This document shows, piece after piece, positions 47,174-57,579 of a stretch of 64,000 nt of DNA. Positions within the stretch are counted from its first letter, which is position 1. Every line of letters starts with the position of its first letter. A program made the translations under genes and the position numbers. This stretch comes from Dehalococcoidia bacterium (GTDB lineage Bacteria; Chloroflexota; Dehalococcoidia; Plut-88900). The stretch is taken from positions 384,001 to 448,000 of the forward strand of contig CBDFLQ010000007.1 in the NCBI GenBank assembly GCA_965249275.1, given 5' to 3'. Under the pieces are notes generated by a model, which saw only the letters and a list, made by a program, of their open reading frames with translations, searched no databases and was not told the origin of the DNA.

Positions 47174-47851
47174 CTAGACGGGGTTGTAGATGGAAAGGGA
47201 CCCTTGCCTGAGCCCCGTGCCCGGACGGTAACGCCCCGCCCTGAGCTCGACGAGAAGGTCCTCGTCGGTGTGAATGTCCCGTTCGAAGACCGTCACGTTG
47301 CACCCAACTCCGTGATGGGAGTGGGCATCGCTACCTGCAGTGCAAGGCTTGCCCAGCATCTGGGCGACTCGGTAGGCGGTCTCGTTCTCTCTCTCGTTGT
47401 TACCGCCATTGAGCGCCTCGATTGCATCAACATATTCGAAGACGCTGTGGCGGCTCTTCCCTTCCAGAGACTCGGGCTTGGTGCCGTTGGGCCAAAGCAG
47501 GCTGCCTCGGTGGTCGTAGAAGCGGCGGAACGGGTGCATCGATACCATGTACCCACCGACCTCGTTGATCACCTCCCGCAGCTTGGCAACTTTGTGCATT
47601 CCGCTCACATAGTGGTGCAGACCGAAAGAGCCGATGTGCCCCATTTCGGTTTCGACTTCCAGAGCGTGAAAAACCACGATCTCCTGCGTGGCTGCGAATT
47701 CACGGAACTTAGACCATTCCCAGTTCGCACCATGCTCCGTGAAGCAGATCCCGTCCAGCCCCTGCTTTTTCGCCTCAAGGACCAGGTCCTGAGGTGAAAT
47801 GCTGCTGTCGCTTCCCCCGATCATCGTATGGGAATGTAGGTCTACAAGCAC
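47174..47851 (-). CDS. PHP-domain metallophosphoesterase
   Basis: DLHSHT, FTEH, HPFR and AGSDAH motifs. Confidence 0.88.
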   Translation of the reverse strand: MLVDLHSHTMIGGSDSSISPQDLVLEAKKQGLDGICFTEHGANWEWSKFREFAATQEIVVFHALEVETEMGHIGSFGLHHYVSGMHKVAKLREVINEVGGYMVSMHPFRRFYDHRGSLLWPNGTKPESLEGKSRHSVFEYVDAIEALNGGNNERENETAYRVAQMLGKPCTAGSDAHSHHGVGCNVTVFERDIHTDEDLLVELRAGRYRPGTGLRQGSLSIYNPV

Positions 47852-47943
47852 TTGGGCAGTTTTCTCAAATCCTCGCGCCCTGGCTCGGACGCAAACTGTG
47901 AATTATGGAACAAAGCCGCAGTCATTTTATCAGCCCGCCACGT

Positions 47944-48375
47944 TCACGACAACAGAAGCGGCATCAACCAGCCAAACATCCCCGCAAAGGCCAGGCCCAG
48001 TATGTACCCGTCTCGCCAGATCCATTTACGCGTCCACAAAGCCCCGAGCACGACTGCATTCAGAGTGAATGCACAAATCCCGATGGAAAAGGCCATGTTG
48101 GGACTACCTATCCCCGAGCCCGGTACCAACGCCTCCGCCCCGATGTACAGCGCCCCTATCATCCCACCCCCTAGTCCCCACGCTCCCATTACCACCAGCG
48201 GAAGCAGCGCCGAGGCCGGGATGGTGCCCGGCACCTTGCTCAAGGAACCGAACAAGGCGCTGGGTTTGTGGCCCGGCGCCGTGATGTTGATCGCCCAGAG
48301 CATGGTGAACAGGGTGCCGATGAAGAACCCGCACGCTGTGCCAATCAGTAAGGCCACGGTGTCAGCACGCCTCAC
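47944..48375 (-). CDS. Hypothetical four-TM membrane protein
   Basis: Hydrophobic ORF whose start overlaps the ispE stop codon. Confidence 0.6.
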   Translation of the reverse strand: MRRADTVALLIGTACGFFIGTLFTMLWAINITAPGHKPSALFGSLSKVPGTIPASALLPLVVMGAWGLGGGMIGALYIGAEALVPGSGIGSPNMAFSIGICAFTLNAVVLGALWTRKWIWRDGYILGLAFAGMFGWLMPLLLS

Positions 48376-49265
48376 TCATCTATCGATATTAGGGGCCCTT
48401 CACCCGGAGCCAAGGTCCTGACCAGGCGAGAGTCCAGTCCCTTTGCGTCGCATTCTCTGACAACCCTCTCACCCTCATAAGGCCCGTCAACCCGACAAAA
48501 CAGCGTTGGGCCCGCCCCCGAAAGATGGACCGGCCCGCCGGATGCCTCCTCCAGAATCGACCAGGACCCGTCGATGCCCGGGAAGATCTGATCAGCGACT
48601 CTATCGAAGACGTTGAAGAATGAGTCGTGACTTATTTCGGCGCCGGCCTCTATTCGTTTCACCAGATCGGCGGTCCTGCGGCCATCGGTGTGGTCGGTGT
48701 GGCTCAAGGTCTTGTAGGCGGTGGCGGTCTTGTTTTCGAGTCGATGGTCCGGGAAAGCGAGCACGAGCCAAAGGGTCGGAGGCGTCTTTACATTCGACAC
48801 CCGTTCTCCCCTCCCTTCCACCAAGGCTGTCCCCCCAGTTAAGAAAAACGGCACGTCCGACCCCAGTTGTGCCGCCAACTCTTTCAGTTCTTCTTCACCA
48901 AGCCCGAGGCTCCATAAACGGTCGAGACCCAGGAGAGTGGCCGCCGCGTCGCTGCTTCCGCCGCCCAGCCCCGCCGCCAAGGGAATCTGCTTATCGAGAT
49001 GGATCTCCGCCCCCGCCGAAACTCCCGAAGTCTCCCTGAGCAGCATGCCCGCTCGATAGACCAGGTTGTCCTGCGTCCCCAAGGCTTCTATTTCAGCCAA
49101 CACCTTGATTTCGTCAGAGGGGAGAAAGGTGAGCGTGTCGAAGAGGCTGATTGCTTGCATCACCGACGCAATTTCGTGGTAGCCGTCCGGCCGTTTGCCC
49201 AACACTTCAAGTGTCAGGTTTACCTTTGCCGGAGCCTGAACAGTAACCTTCGCCACTCCCGTCAC
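48372..49265 (-). CDS. ispE: 4-diphosphocytidyl-2-C-methyl-D-erythritol kinase
   Basis: APAKVNL.LEV...DGYH, IPLAAGLGGGSSDAA and GSDVPFF motifs. Confidence 0.95.
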   Translation of the reverse strand: MTGVAKVTVQAPAKVNLTLEVLGKRPDGYHEIASVMQAISLFDTLTFLPSDEIKVLAEIEALGTQDNLVYRAGMLLRETSGVSAGAEIHLDKQIPLAAGLGGGSSDAAATLLGLDRLWSLGLGEEELKELAAQLGSDVPFFLTGGTALVEGRGERVSNVKTPPTLWLVLAFPDHRLENKTATAYKTLSHTDHTDGRRTADLVKRIEAGAEISHDSFFNVFDRVADQIFPGIDGSWSILEEASGGPVHLSGAGPTLFCRVDGPYEGERVVRECDAKGLDSRLVRTLAPGEGPLISIDE

Positions 49266-50104
49266 CCCAACTCCTCCGACAATCTGTCCCACTCTTCAAT
49301 CGTGAGTGTCGAGGGTCTTCTTCGTCCATTGATGCCCACCCGCTCCAAGGCATCTTTCACGAAATCGCCCTCAGCATTCAGTCCTTTGACCAGGGAGTTA
49401 TGCAGCTGCTTCCTCGGGGCCCGGAACCCGGCTTTTGCAACTCTGAAGAAGCGGTCCGGGTCCGACACCAAAGGCTCGGGGTGAACGTCGATAGCCACCA
49501 CCACCGAGTCCACTTTCGGTTTGGGATGAAACTTGCCAGCCGGAATGTGTGCCACTATTCTCGGGGCGCCGTACACCTGCACAGCCAGGCTCAGCAGGCC
49601 TATCTTCCCGGGCTCCGCGACCATGCTTTCCCCGACCTCCCGCTGCACGGTAACTACCATCTTCACGGGCTTGTGGTCGGATTCCAGGAAGTGCCGGATT
49701 ATGGGCGAGGCGACGTAGTACGGCAGGTTCCCGGCAACCTTGTAACTGCCATCCTCACCCACCAGATCGCTCCCGTGCTCCCTGAGCAACTGCTCGGGTG
49801 TAAAGTCCCGGACATCGCCTAGTACAGTCCGTACGTTTGGGAATTCAGTCAACTCGGTCTGGAGGAGGGAGGCAAGGTGAGAGTCGATCTCTACGGCGAT
49901 GACCCGACCAAACCTCCGGGCCAAGGCTCTAGTCAGGACTCCCGTGCCCGGCCCGACCTCTATGACTACTTCGTCGGGGCTCGGGTCTGCGGCGTCTACG
50001 ATTTCCTCGATTATTGCCGCGTCTTTGAGAAAATGTTGGCCCAGGGACTTTTTTGCCCGCACACCGGTCACTTGAGCCCGTTTTCCCATCGCAGAAACCG
50101 ACAT
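49262..50104 (-). CDS. rsmA: 16S rRNA dimethyltransferase KsgA
   Basis: KKSLGQHFL, EVGPGTG, GNLPYY and PKPKVDS motifs. Confidence 0.96.
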   Translation of the reverse strand: MSVSAMGKRAQVTGVRAKKSLGQHFLKDAAIIEEIVDAADPSPDEVVIEVGPGTGVLTRALARRFGRVIAVEIDSHLASLLQTELTEFPNVRTVLGDVRDFTPEQLLREHGSDLVGEDGSYKVAGNLPYYVASPIIRHFLESDHKPVKMVVTVQREVGESMVAEPGKIGLLSLAVQVYGAPRIVAHIPAGKFHPKPKVDSVVVAIDVHPEPLVSDPDRFFRVAKAGFRAPRKQLHNSLVKGLNAEGDFVKDALERVGINGRRRPSTLTIEEWDRLSEELG

Positions 50105-50189
50105 GGCCTCACACTATACCGAAGCCAAGCCACTGTCTAATCAATCGTTGATGGTGAGCCCGAAAAATGGGAATGGGAGGGTGTCAACT

Positions 50190-50630
50190 CTACAAGTTCA
50201 GCGGAAGTACGCCCAACTGCTTGTAGATGTTCACGTTGTCCCGGTAAGCGCGGAGGGCCCGGAGCTTGCCATCCTTGAACTCGGCGATCTCCATGAACGT
50301 CCAGCCGACGCTCTTGCCGGTGCCCGGGATGCCCTTGAAGTCTCCCTGGTGAGTACCGGTCACCGTGGCCTCGGCGGCAGCCCAGTTCCCGGACGCTATT
50401 ATCATTTTCCCCGTAATCTGTGAGTCCGGGAATGCCTTCCACCATTCTTTCAGCGCCGCCACGAACAGGTCCCTGCCCTCCACGGGCGACGGTTTGGAAG
50501 CATCGTGGAACTGGAAGTCATCGGAGCAGAAGGCGCGGAATTTTGCGGGATCGTGGCTGTTAAAGCAGACGAAAACGTTTTCCAGAAGGGCTACGGTCTC
50601 AGCATCTCCGACAGACGGTACGTTACTCAA
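50190..50630 (-). CDS. SnoaL-like ester cyclase (NTF2 fold)
   Basis: AFPD and GTHQGDFKGIPGTGK motifs. Confidence 0.85.
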   Translation of the reverse strand: MSNVPSVGDAETVALLENVFVCFNSHDPAKFRAFCSDDFQFHDASKPSPVEGRDLFVAALKEWWKAFPDSQITGKMIIASGNWAAAEATVTGTHQGDFKGIPGTGKSVGWTFMEIAEFKDGKLRALRAYRDNVNIYKQLGVLPLNL

Positions 50631-50656
50631 GGTTATCTCCGTTCATTTAGGCAGGG

Positions 50657-51496
50657 CTACATGCCCAGCACTTTCTTGGCATTCTCCAGCATAATCAAGG
50701 GTCGGGCTTCATCCCAGAAGGGCGCTCCCTCGAAGTCCCGGACCCATCGCTCGGGGGTGAGGGCCGGGTAGTCCGACCCGAACAATACCTTGTGCTTTAT
50801 CAGTGTGCTGGCATACTGGATGAGAAGCGGGTTGAAGTACTTGGGTGACCAACCTGAGATGTCCATATATACGTTCGGTTTGTGCACCAGCACCGCCAAC
50901 TGCTCCTCCACCCAGGGGAAAGCCTGGTGGGCCATTACTATGGTCAACTCCGGCAAGTCGGCGGCTACGTCGTCGATGTATGGAATGGGCTTGGTGTATT
51001 TCAGGTGGACGCCCCCGCCCCCCGGCAGCCCAGCCCCGACTCCCGTGGTCCCGGTATGAAACATGGCTATCATACCCAACTCAGCAATTTTTTCGTAAAT
51101 CGGGTAGAACCTGCGGTCGTTGGGGTAGAACTCCTGGGTCATGGGTATGAACTTGATGCCCTTCATGCCCAGTTCCTTGCCCGCCCGCTCGACTTCCTTT
51201 ACCGCAAGCTTGCCCATCCACGGGTCGACCGATCCGAACCCGATGAATGTATCGGGGTATCGCCGGCTGATCGATGCAACCCAGTCGTTACTGTCCCATG
51301 CGTCACCCTGGGCTGTGCGGTCGTCGTTGGCCAGGACCACGGCCATGTAGTCCAGCTCCTTGTACTTGGCCGCCAGCTCTTCGAGCGTAAGCTCCGGGGG
51401 CGACTTGAAATACGTGGCCATTGCCGTGTGGAACCGAGTCGGCGGCGTCCCGGGCTCCTTGGGGGGATGGATGTGGAAGTCTATAGCTTTGGGCAC
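50657..51496 (-). CDS. Amidohydrolase_2 family protein
   Basis: IDFHIH, GFGSVDP, FHTG, MAH..FPW and LFGSDYP motifs. Confidence 0.9.
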   Translation of the reverse strand: MPKAIDFHIHPPKEPGTPPTRFHTAMATYFKSPPELTLEELAAKYKELDYMAVVLANDDRTAQGDAWDSNDWVASISRRYPDTFIGFGSVDPWMGKLAVKEVERAGKELGMKGIKFIPMTQEFYPNDRRFYPIYEKIAELGMIAMFHTGTTGVGAGLPGGGGVHLKYTKPIPYIDDVAADLPELTIVMAHQAFPWVEEQLAVLVHKPNVYMDISGWSPKYFNPLLIQYASTLIKHKVLFGSDYPALTPERWVRDFEGAPFWDEARPLIMLENAKKVLGM

Positions 51497-51523
51497 GGGC
51501 GGCCTCCTGGGGAGAAATTTAGA

Positions 51524-51790
51524 TCGTGCACCCCCCGTCGATCGAGTCCCCTCGGCCTGTTGTCCGCCGCCGAGCTCGGACCAGGCTACCCTACGGCACC
51601 CAGAATTGACCGCTTACCGTTGCTTCCTTCCGGACCTGGCGGGGTTCACAGTTTTCTGCCGCGTAGGACCCAATCTTCAGCGCCCGCCGAACGGGTACAG
51701 CGTCCAAAGGTCCAGGACCTCTAGGGGGAATTCAGTCCCGCTATAGCGGATTGCGGGTTCAGGGCACCGCTAGCTCCCCACCTAGCACGA
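51524..51790 (-). ncRNA. ffs: Large (Alu-domain-containing) bacterial SRP RNA
   Basis: 5' CGUGCUAGGUGGGGAGCUAGCGGUGCCCUGAACCCGCAAUCCGCUAUAGCGGG Alu domain, helix 8 CAGGUCCGGAAGGAAGCAACGG, and paired ends. Confidence 0.96.
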
Positions 51791-51799
51791 TCTGGATAC

Positions 51800-51828
51800 A
51801 TGTTATTTGACCCCCATTCCGGTGTCAA
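51800..51828 (-). promoter_or_regulatory. Promoter of SRP RNA
   Basis: Minus strand TTGACA-17 nt-TAACAT just upstream of the RNA 5' end. Confidence 0.8.
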
Positions 51829-52088
51829 TTAAAGGATGGATATATGAGAGCGGATACCGCGGTGGCTAAGCACTCCCCCAAAATTGAGCCGGAGTCCCAT
51901 TTGTGATAACCTAGCGCCCGTCGGGGCTTGGAACCATTGGCCCGGGAAAGCGATGTCGGACAAGCAATACTACGGTTATTTCCTCGCAATCCCTCCTCCA
52001 TACGGACCTTACCCGACAGGCGAAAGCCATCTACAGCTGAATCCGGCGTTGCGCCAGGTTCAGACTCATATCGTGATGGGGTAAGGCA

Positions 52089-53162
52089 TTGGCTAAGGCC
52101 GGAAGGCTAGCCGGTAGCGTCATAGGCGCAATAGTGGCCGCCCTCCTGGGGCTGGGCATCGGCCTTTCTCTTTCAAAAGCCGGCATCCTCGAAGGCTGGA
52201 ACACTTGGATAACCCTGGGCTCGAGCGTTCTGGGGTTCGGGTTCGGACTACTCGCCACCGCTCTTGTCATCATACCTGGAGTGCAAAAGATCGCCGGGCG
52301 CCTCTCATCCCTTAGGCCGGAAGTTGCCTTCTCGGGGACCGTAGGTGCCCTGGTCGGAGTAGTCCTCTCAGGCGTCTTGATCTACGCCTTTGCCGTAGCC
52401 TCTCTTGCCTACCCCTGGAATGCCATAACCCCCGTCCTTTTGGTGCTCACACTGACGGGCCTCGGGGGCTGGGCCGGTGCATCCAGGGCCACACAGGTGA
52501 TCTCCATGCTGGCCCGAGGCACAATCCCGGAAAGGGCGGCCGCCCCGGCTTCCGTTAACGGGGCCCAGAACGGGCGCTGCATCCTTGTCGACACGTCCGC
52601 GATCATCGATGGACGCATCGCCGAGATCACCCATACCGGTTTCGTAGACGGCGATCTTCTCATCCCCCGATTCGTTCTGGAAGAACTCCAGTACGTCGCA
52701 GATTCGCCAGACAGCCTCAAGCGCAATAGAGGCCGCAGGGGGCTCGACGTCCTCAACCGGCTCCAGAAAGACAGCAACGTGGAGGTCCAGATTACCGAGA
52801 TCGACGTCCCCGACCAGGACGGCGTCGACAGCAAGCTCGTGAGCCTGGCAAAACGCTCCGACTACTCACTCCTCACCACCGACTTCAACCTGAACAAGGT
52901 CGCCGAACTTCAGGGCATTAGGGTCCTCAACATCAACGACCTTGCCAACTCCCTTAAACCGACGCTCATACCCGGCGAGGAACTGAACCTCCACATTACC
53001 CAGGAGGGCAAGGAGGAGACCCAGGGAGTCGGGTTCCTGGACGACGGTACCATGGTAGTCGTCGAGGGAGGTCACAAATACCTGAACTCCCAGCTGCCGG
53101 TGGTAATCACGCGGGTGCTGCAGACCTCGGCGGGCCGGATAATCTTCGCCCACTTGAAATAG
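52089..53162 (+). CDS. PIN/TRAM-domain membrane protein (YacL-like)
   Basis: TM helices, DTSAIIDGRI, RGRRGLD, TTDFNLNKVA and QGVGFLDDGTMVVVE; upstream of ispD/ispF. Confidence 0.93.
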   Translation: MAKAGRLAGSVIGAIVAALLGLGIGLSLSKAGILEGWNTWITLGSSVLGFGFGLLATALVIIPGVQKIAGRLSSLRPEVAFSGTVGALVGVVLSGVLIYAFAVASLAYPWNAITPVLLVLTLTGLGGWAGASRATQVISMLARGTIPERAAAPASVNGAQNGRCILVDTSAIIDGRIAEITHTGFVDGDLLIPRFVLEELQYVADSPDSLKRNRGRRGLDVLNRLQKDSNVEVQITEIDVPDQDGVDSKLVSLAKRSDYSLLTTDFNLNKVAELQGIRVLNINDLANSLKPTLIPGEELNLHITQEGKEETQGVGFLDDGTMVVVEGGHKYLNSQLPVVITRVLQTSAGRIIFAHLK

Positions 53163-53167
53163 GGGCT

Positions 53168-53887
53168 GTGGTAGACCAGGAGCGGCACCCGGCACCCGAC
53201 CAGTCCGTCGGCGCTTTGGTCCTCGCAGCGGGGCGCAGCCAGCGAATGCAGGGTATCGACAAGACATTCGCCTCCATCTTGGGTAAGCCACTCATCCTCC
53301 ACACTATTTGCGTTTTTCTCGATTGCCCCGAAATTCGGAGAGTTGTACTTGTCCTGCCCGAGTCAAATATCGAAAAGGCCTGCGCCCTGCTTGAAGGACT
53401 CGATAATTCCGGGAAGCTCACCCTATGCGCCGGGGGTGAAAGGCGTCAGGATTCCGCGACCAAGGGCCTCGACGCCCTCGGCCCGTGTGGCTGGGTCGCC
53501 GTTCACGATGGCGCACGCCCCTGCCTTTCCCCTGACATTCTCCAGAACGCACTAGCCGATGCCCGACTGTACGGCAGCGCCGTCGTCGCCGTTCCAGTGA
53601 CCGACACCGTAAAGCGCGCCGATTCCGACACCTTCATATCTGCCACCGTGCCCCGCGAAGGTCTCTGGGCCGTGCAGACTCCCCAGGTATTCCCCTTCGC
53701 CGTGTTGCAGCGCGCCTACCGGGAAGTTAGCGAGAACGTTACCGACGACGCCTCGATGGTCGAGCATCTAGGCGTTAAGATAAAGCTCACCCCCGGTTCG
53801 CCGACCAACTTGAAAGTAACCAACCCCGAAGACCTGAAACTCGCTGAGATGATCCTCGCGTCCCGAGTCCCGGAATCTGACAAGTAG
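53168..53887 (+). CDS. ispD: 2-C-methyl-D-erythritol 4-phosphate cytidylyltransferase
   Basis: LAAGRSQRM, GGERRQDS, HDGARP, QTPQ and TDDAS motifs. Confidence 0.95.
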   Translation: MVDQERHPAPDQSVGALVLAAGRSQRMQGIDKTFASILGKPLILHTICVFLDCPEIRRVVLVLPESNIEKACALLEGLDNSGKLTLCAGGERRQDSATKGLDALGPCGWVAVHDGARPCLSPDILQNALADARLYGSAVVAVPVTDTVKRADSDTFISATVPREGLWAVQTPQVFPFAVLQRAYREVSENVTDDASMVEHLGVKIKLTPGSPTNLKVTNPEDLKLAEMILASRVPESDK

Positions 53888-53901
53888 ACAGCTAGAGAAC
53901 T

Positions 53902-54390
53902 ATGCGCATAGGAATGGGAATCGATGTTCACGCCCTTGTCGAAGGCCGACCCCTCATTCTGGGGGGCGTCACCGTACCGCATTCTCTCGGCCTGTCCGGC
54001 CACAGCGATGGAGACGCTCTCACTCACGCCGTGGTTGATGCTCTCCTGGGGGCGGCGGGGATGGGGGATATCGGGGGCCGGTTCCCGTCCTCCGACAACA
54101 CCTACAAGGACGCCGACAGCCTGACTTTCCTCTCCGCCATTGCCCCGGAACTCCTTGGGGCAGGTTGGAGCATCGAAAACGTGGATGCTACAATAATCGC
54201 CCAGCGGCCCGCCCTTTCCCCATTCGTCAAGGAGATGGCAGCAAACATGGCTCGGGCCCTGGCCATAGACCCAAACCAGATCAACGTAAAGGCCACAACC
54301 AGCGACCGGCTGGGAATAGCCGGCAGAGAAGAAGGGATAGCAGCTTTCGCCGTGGCTCTCCTGGAACAGCAGCAGCCCCCCGACCGGTAA
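53902..54390 (+). CDS. ispF: 2-C-methyl-D-erythritol 2,4-cyclodiphosphate synthase
   Basis: RIGMGIDVH, GHSDGD, GDIG..FP and NVKATT motifs. Confidence 0.96.
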   Translation: MRIGMGIDVHALVEGRPLILGGVTVPHSLGLSGHSDGDALTHAVVDALLGAAGMGDIGGRFPSSDNTYKDADSLTFLSAIAPELLGAGWSIENVDATIIAQRPALSPFVKEMAANMARALAIDPNQINVKATTSDRLGIAGREEGIAAFAVALLEQQQPPDR

Positions 54391-54395
54391 CGCCA

Positions 54396-55874
54396 ATGCA
54401 AATCTACAACACCCTGACCCGGACCAAAGAGGAGTTCGTCCCCCTGGGCGATCCCGTCAAGATGTACGTCTGCGGCATCACCCCCTACTCGGCCTCCCAC
54501 GTAGGCCATGCCATGAGCTACATCACCTTCGACGTGGTCCGCCGCTACCTTGAGTGGCGCGGCTACAATGTGCTTCACATCCAGAACTTCACAGACGTCG
54601 ACGACAAGATAATTGATCGTTCCGCATCCATCGGGTCTTCACCGAAGGACCTTGCCGAGGGCCTGATCCAGGACTATTTCAACGAGATGGATGCCCTTAA
54701 CATCAAGCGCGCCCACATCTACCCCCGCGCAACCGAGGAGATCGCCAAGATCCTCGAGATGACCGAGGGCTTGGTGGAAAACGGCGCCGCATACGCTGTT
54801 GACGGAGACGTCTACTACCGGATCAGCAGCTACTCAGACTATGGCAAGCTCAGCCACCGCACCCTCGAAGGCATGATGTCCGGGGCACGGATAGAGGTCG
54901 ACAACCGCAAAGAGCACCCGATGGACTTCGCCCTCTGGAAGTCCGCCAAACCCGGCGAACCTTCCTGGGACAGCCCCTGGGGCCCGGGCCGACCCGGCTG
55001 GCACATGGAATGCAGCGCCATGTCCCTCAAATACCTCGGGGAGAGATTTGACATCCACGGCGGCGGCCTTGACTTGATATTCCCACACCACGAAAACGAG
55101 ATAGCTCAAACCGAGGCCTTCACCGGAGTCTCCCCTTCCGTCCAGTACTGGCTCCACAATGGCCTTCTCCAACTGGATGATGAGAAGATGAGCAAGTCCC
55201 TCGGGAACCTGGTAACCGTCAATGAGGTCCTGGACGGTCATTCCGCCGACGCCCTACGCCTCTTCTTCCTCGGTTCCCACTACCGCAGCCCCCTCAGCTT
55301 CAGCGAGCGCGGTCTCGAAGCGATGGAGCGGGGCGCAACCCGCCTCCGGAACGCCGCACAGCAGGCCGACACAGGGCTAAGCAATGGAGTCCAGGTCTCC
55401 ACAGACGGCTACCGTGAGCGATTCATCGAGGCTATGGACGACGATTTCGGCACTTCCCAGGCCCTCGCCGCACTGTATGACCTAGCCCGCGACATAAATC
55501 GCGGCGCCGACTCCAGCTCGAACGTGGCAGATGCCGTAGCAATGCTTCGGGAGTTAGCCGGTGTCCTGGGGCTAACCCTCGAAGGCCAAACCGCCGGGTC
55601 CGGGGCAGATGACAAGAACTTGGCGGACCTGGTCGAGCAGGTGTCCTCCAATTTAATTGATGCCGGTCAGACAGAGATTGCAGGACAGCTTTCGGGTGCC
55701 GTGTCGGGCGAGAGCTCGGGGCCCGACGATTACGTCAAAGCCCTGATAGACGTGCGCGAAAAGCTCCGCAAGAGCCGGGAATTCTCGCTTGCAGACCAGA
55801 TTCGGGACTCCCTAACCGAGCGGGGCGTTGCCCTCAAAGACTCACCTACCGGCACCACCTGGGAGTTTGTCTAA
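54396..55874 (+). CDS. cysS: Cysteine--tRNA ligase
   Basis: [36 protein letters not shown] and KMSKS; start MQIYNTL at 54396. Confidence 0.97.
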   Translation: MQIYNTLTRTKEEFVPLGDPVKMYVCGITPYSASHVGHAMSYITFDVVRRYLEWRGYNVLHIQNFTDVDDKIIDRSASIGSSPKDLAEGLIQDYFNEMDALNIKRAHIYPRATEEIAKILEMTEGLVENGAAYAVDGDVYYRISSYSDYGKLSHRTLEGMMSGARIEVDNRKEHPMDFALWKSAKPGEPSWDSPWGPGRPGWHMECSAMSLKYLGERFDIHGGGLDLIFPHHENEIAQTEAFTGVSPSVQYWLHNGLLQLDDEKMSKSLGNLVTVNEVLDGHSADALRLFFLGSHYRSPLSFSERGLEAMERGATRLRNAAQQADTGLSNGVQVSTDGYRERFIEAMDDDFGTSQALAALYDLARDINRGADSSSNVADAVAMLRELAGVLGLTLEGQTAGSGADDKNLADLVEQVSSNLIDAGQTEIAGQLSGAVSGESSGPDDYVKALIDVREKLRKSREFSLADQIRDSLTERGVALKDSPTGTTWEFV

Positions 55875-55922
55875 CCGGAGCCCTTGGCCCGCTGACCACT
55901 ACCAACGCCACTCCATTATTCC

Positions 55923-56369
55923 ATGTACAGGGAAATAGAAGTTCCACCCAAGGTCACCCCGACCGACGACTCCGGCTATTTCGAAGAACTGACCAAGGCC
56001 ATCTTCCGCTCAGGATTCTCGTGGCGCGTGGTACGCAATAAATGGGCCAATTTCCGGGCGGGCTTCGACGATTTCCACATCTTCAAGGTCGCCGCCTACG
56101 GAATTGAGGACATGGAGCGCCTCTTCCAGGACGAGGGGATCGTCCGCAACCGCCGCAAGATCATCGCCACGGTGGAAAACGCCCGGAAGTGTCGGGTCAT
56201 AATCGCGGACCACGGCTCCTTCTACAACTACCTGCGGTCCATGGACGAGTTGGACTACCGGGCCAAGGTCAAAGCTCTCACCAAAGAGTTCTGGGGTCTC
56301 GGCAACACGGGCGCTTTCGTCTTCCTGCATTGCGTTAACGAAGACACCCCGACCTGGGAAGAGCGTTAG
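55923..56369 (+). CDS. 3-methyladenine DNA glycosylase I-like protein
   Basis: IFRSGFSW, F..F..F.I.KVA and GIVRNRRKI.A motifs. Confidence 0.85.
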   Translation: MYREIEVPPKVTPTDDSGYFEELTKAIFRSGFSWRVVRNKWANFRAGFDDFHIFKVAAYGIEDMERLFQDEGIVRNRRKIIATVENARKCRVIIADHGSFYNYLRSMDELDYRAKVKALTKEFWGLGNTGAFVFLHCVNEDTPTWEER

Positions 56370-56382
56370 CTTCTCAACTCCC

Positions 56383-56433
56383 AAAAAGAATCGGGCGGCT
56401 GGACAAACCAACCGCCCGATGATTCTCTCTTTT
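56383..56433. terminator. Probable bidirectional intrinsic terminator
   Basis: ATCGGGCGG...CCGCCCGAT hairpin flanked by A and T tracts, between convergent genes. Confidence 0.65.
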
Positions 56434-56444
56434 GCTCGCTACGG

Positions 56445-57554
56445 CTATGTGCCATCCAGCTTATCCCTCACCCACTGGTTAAACCGGAGCACGTGAGGCT
56501 CCGCCGGCCCGAGCACTCCCTGCTTGTGGGCCCTTGAGCGTATACCCTGGTGGGCAAGCTCACACACCCCGAAGTCCTGTTTGTTGAACAGGTCCCAGAA
56601 GTCGATAGTGTCGCTGCCATCGAAGCCGGGACTGTCCACCTGCTCCGCATCGAAGAAGAACTCGTTGGTTATTTTCGTTCTGTTCGGCCCATCCGGCCAC
56701 ATCACTATGGTCACCACGGATTCAGGCTGGAATGCCAGGACCACATTCGGATACAGGGATATGCTCCTGAAAAGTCCCATGTCCTCTTCCAAAAGTCCCT
56801 TTAGCATCGGACGTTTCGTCCTGCCATCGGCAGTCATGGTCGCCCTTTCATCCAGGAACCGCGTTCCCATTATTGAGTCCCGGCCCGTCAAGCCGGTCTT
56901 GTATATCGGCACCACTTCGCACAGTTCAGGATGAACGCTCGGGCAGTGGCCGCACTCGCTGGCGTTCTCCCAGATCTCTTTCCAGTTGGACTTTACGTCG
57001 TAGTGAAACACGTGCCCCGACTTGAGGCTCCCCAACCCATACCTGGGCAGAATAGGGTTGAGGTCTTCAAAATCTGCAATAAAGGGCTCGGGTTTGGGGT
57101 CCAGGTTGATGAAAATCAGTCCCTGCCAGACCTCGACCGGCACACGGTAGAGGGGGTAATTCTCCTTGGGCAGGTCGTCCATATACATCTCTTTCGGAAT
57201 CGCGACAAGGTCCCCGTTCATGCCGTAGGTCCAGCCGTGGTATCCGCAGGTCAGCGCCCCACCCGGCGCCCGACCCGCATCCTTGGTGCAAAGCCTCGAT
57301 CCCCGGTGCCGGCAGACGTTGTAGAAGGCATGGACCTGCATGTCCTGGTCCCGGGTAATGACTATGCTCTCGTCGCAGACGGTGCGGACAACATAGTCGC
57401 CGGGTTCCGGGAGGTTGCTGTCGTGGGCCACAAAGAGCCACGACTTGTAGAAGATGCGTTCCTTCTCAAGCTCATAGATCTCGGGATCCCAGTAGTAGCG
57501 GCTTGGAAGGGTCTTCCCTATCTCGGACGATTCCCTGACGATTTGACCTACCAT
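56445..57554 (-). CDS. Rieske non-heme iron oxygenase alpha subunit (choline/glycine-betaine monooxygenase-like)
   Basis: NVCRHRG...CGYHGW Rieske motif; NWK...EN..ECGHCPSVH iron site; QD...CE. Confidence 0.9.
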   Translation of the reverse strand: MVGQIVRESSEIGKTLPSRYYWDPEIYELEKERIFYKSWLFVAHDSNLPEPGDYVVRTVCDESIVITRDQDMQVHAFYNVCRHRGSRLCTKDAGRAPGGALTCGYHGWTYGMNGDLVAIPKEMYMDDLPKENYPLYRVPVEVWQGLIFINLDPKPEPFIADFEDLNPILPRYGLGSLKSGHVFHYDVKSNWKEIWENASECGHCPSVHPELCEVVPIYKTGLTGRDSIMGTRFLDERATMTADGRTKRPMLKGLLEEDMGLFRSISLYPNVVLAFQPESVVTIVMWPDGPNRTKITNEFFFDAEQVDSPGFDGSDTIDFWDLFNKQDFGVCELAHQGIRSRAHKQGVLGPAEPHVLRFNQWVRDKLDGT

Positions 57555-57579
57555 AGCGATTCCTCCATGTGAAACTGGT

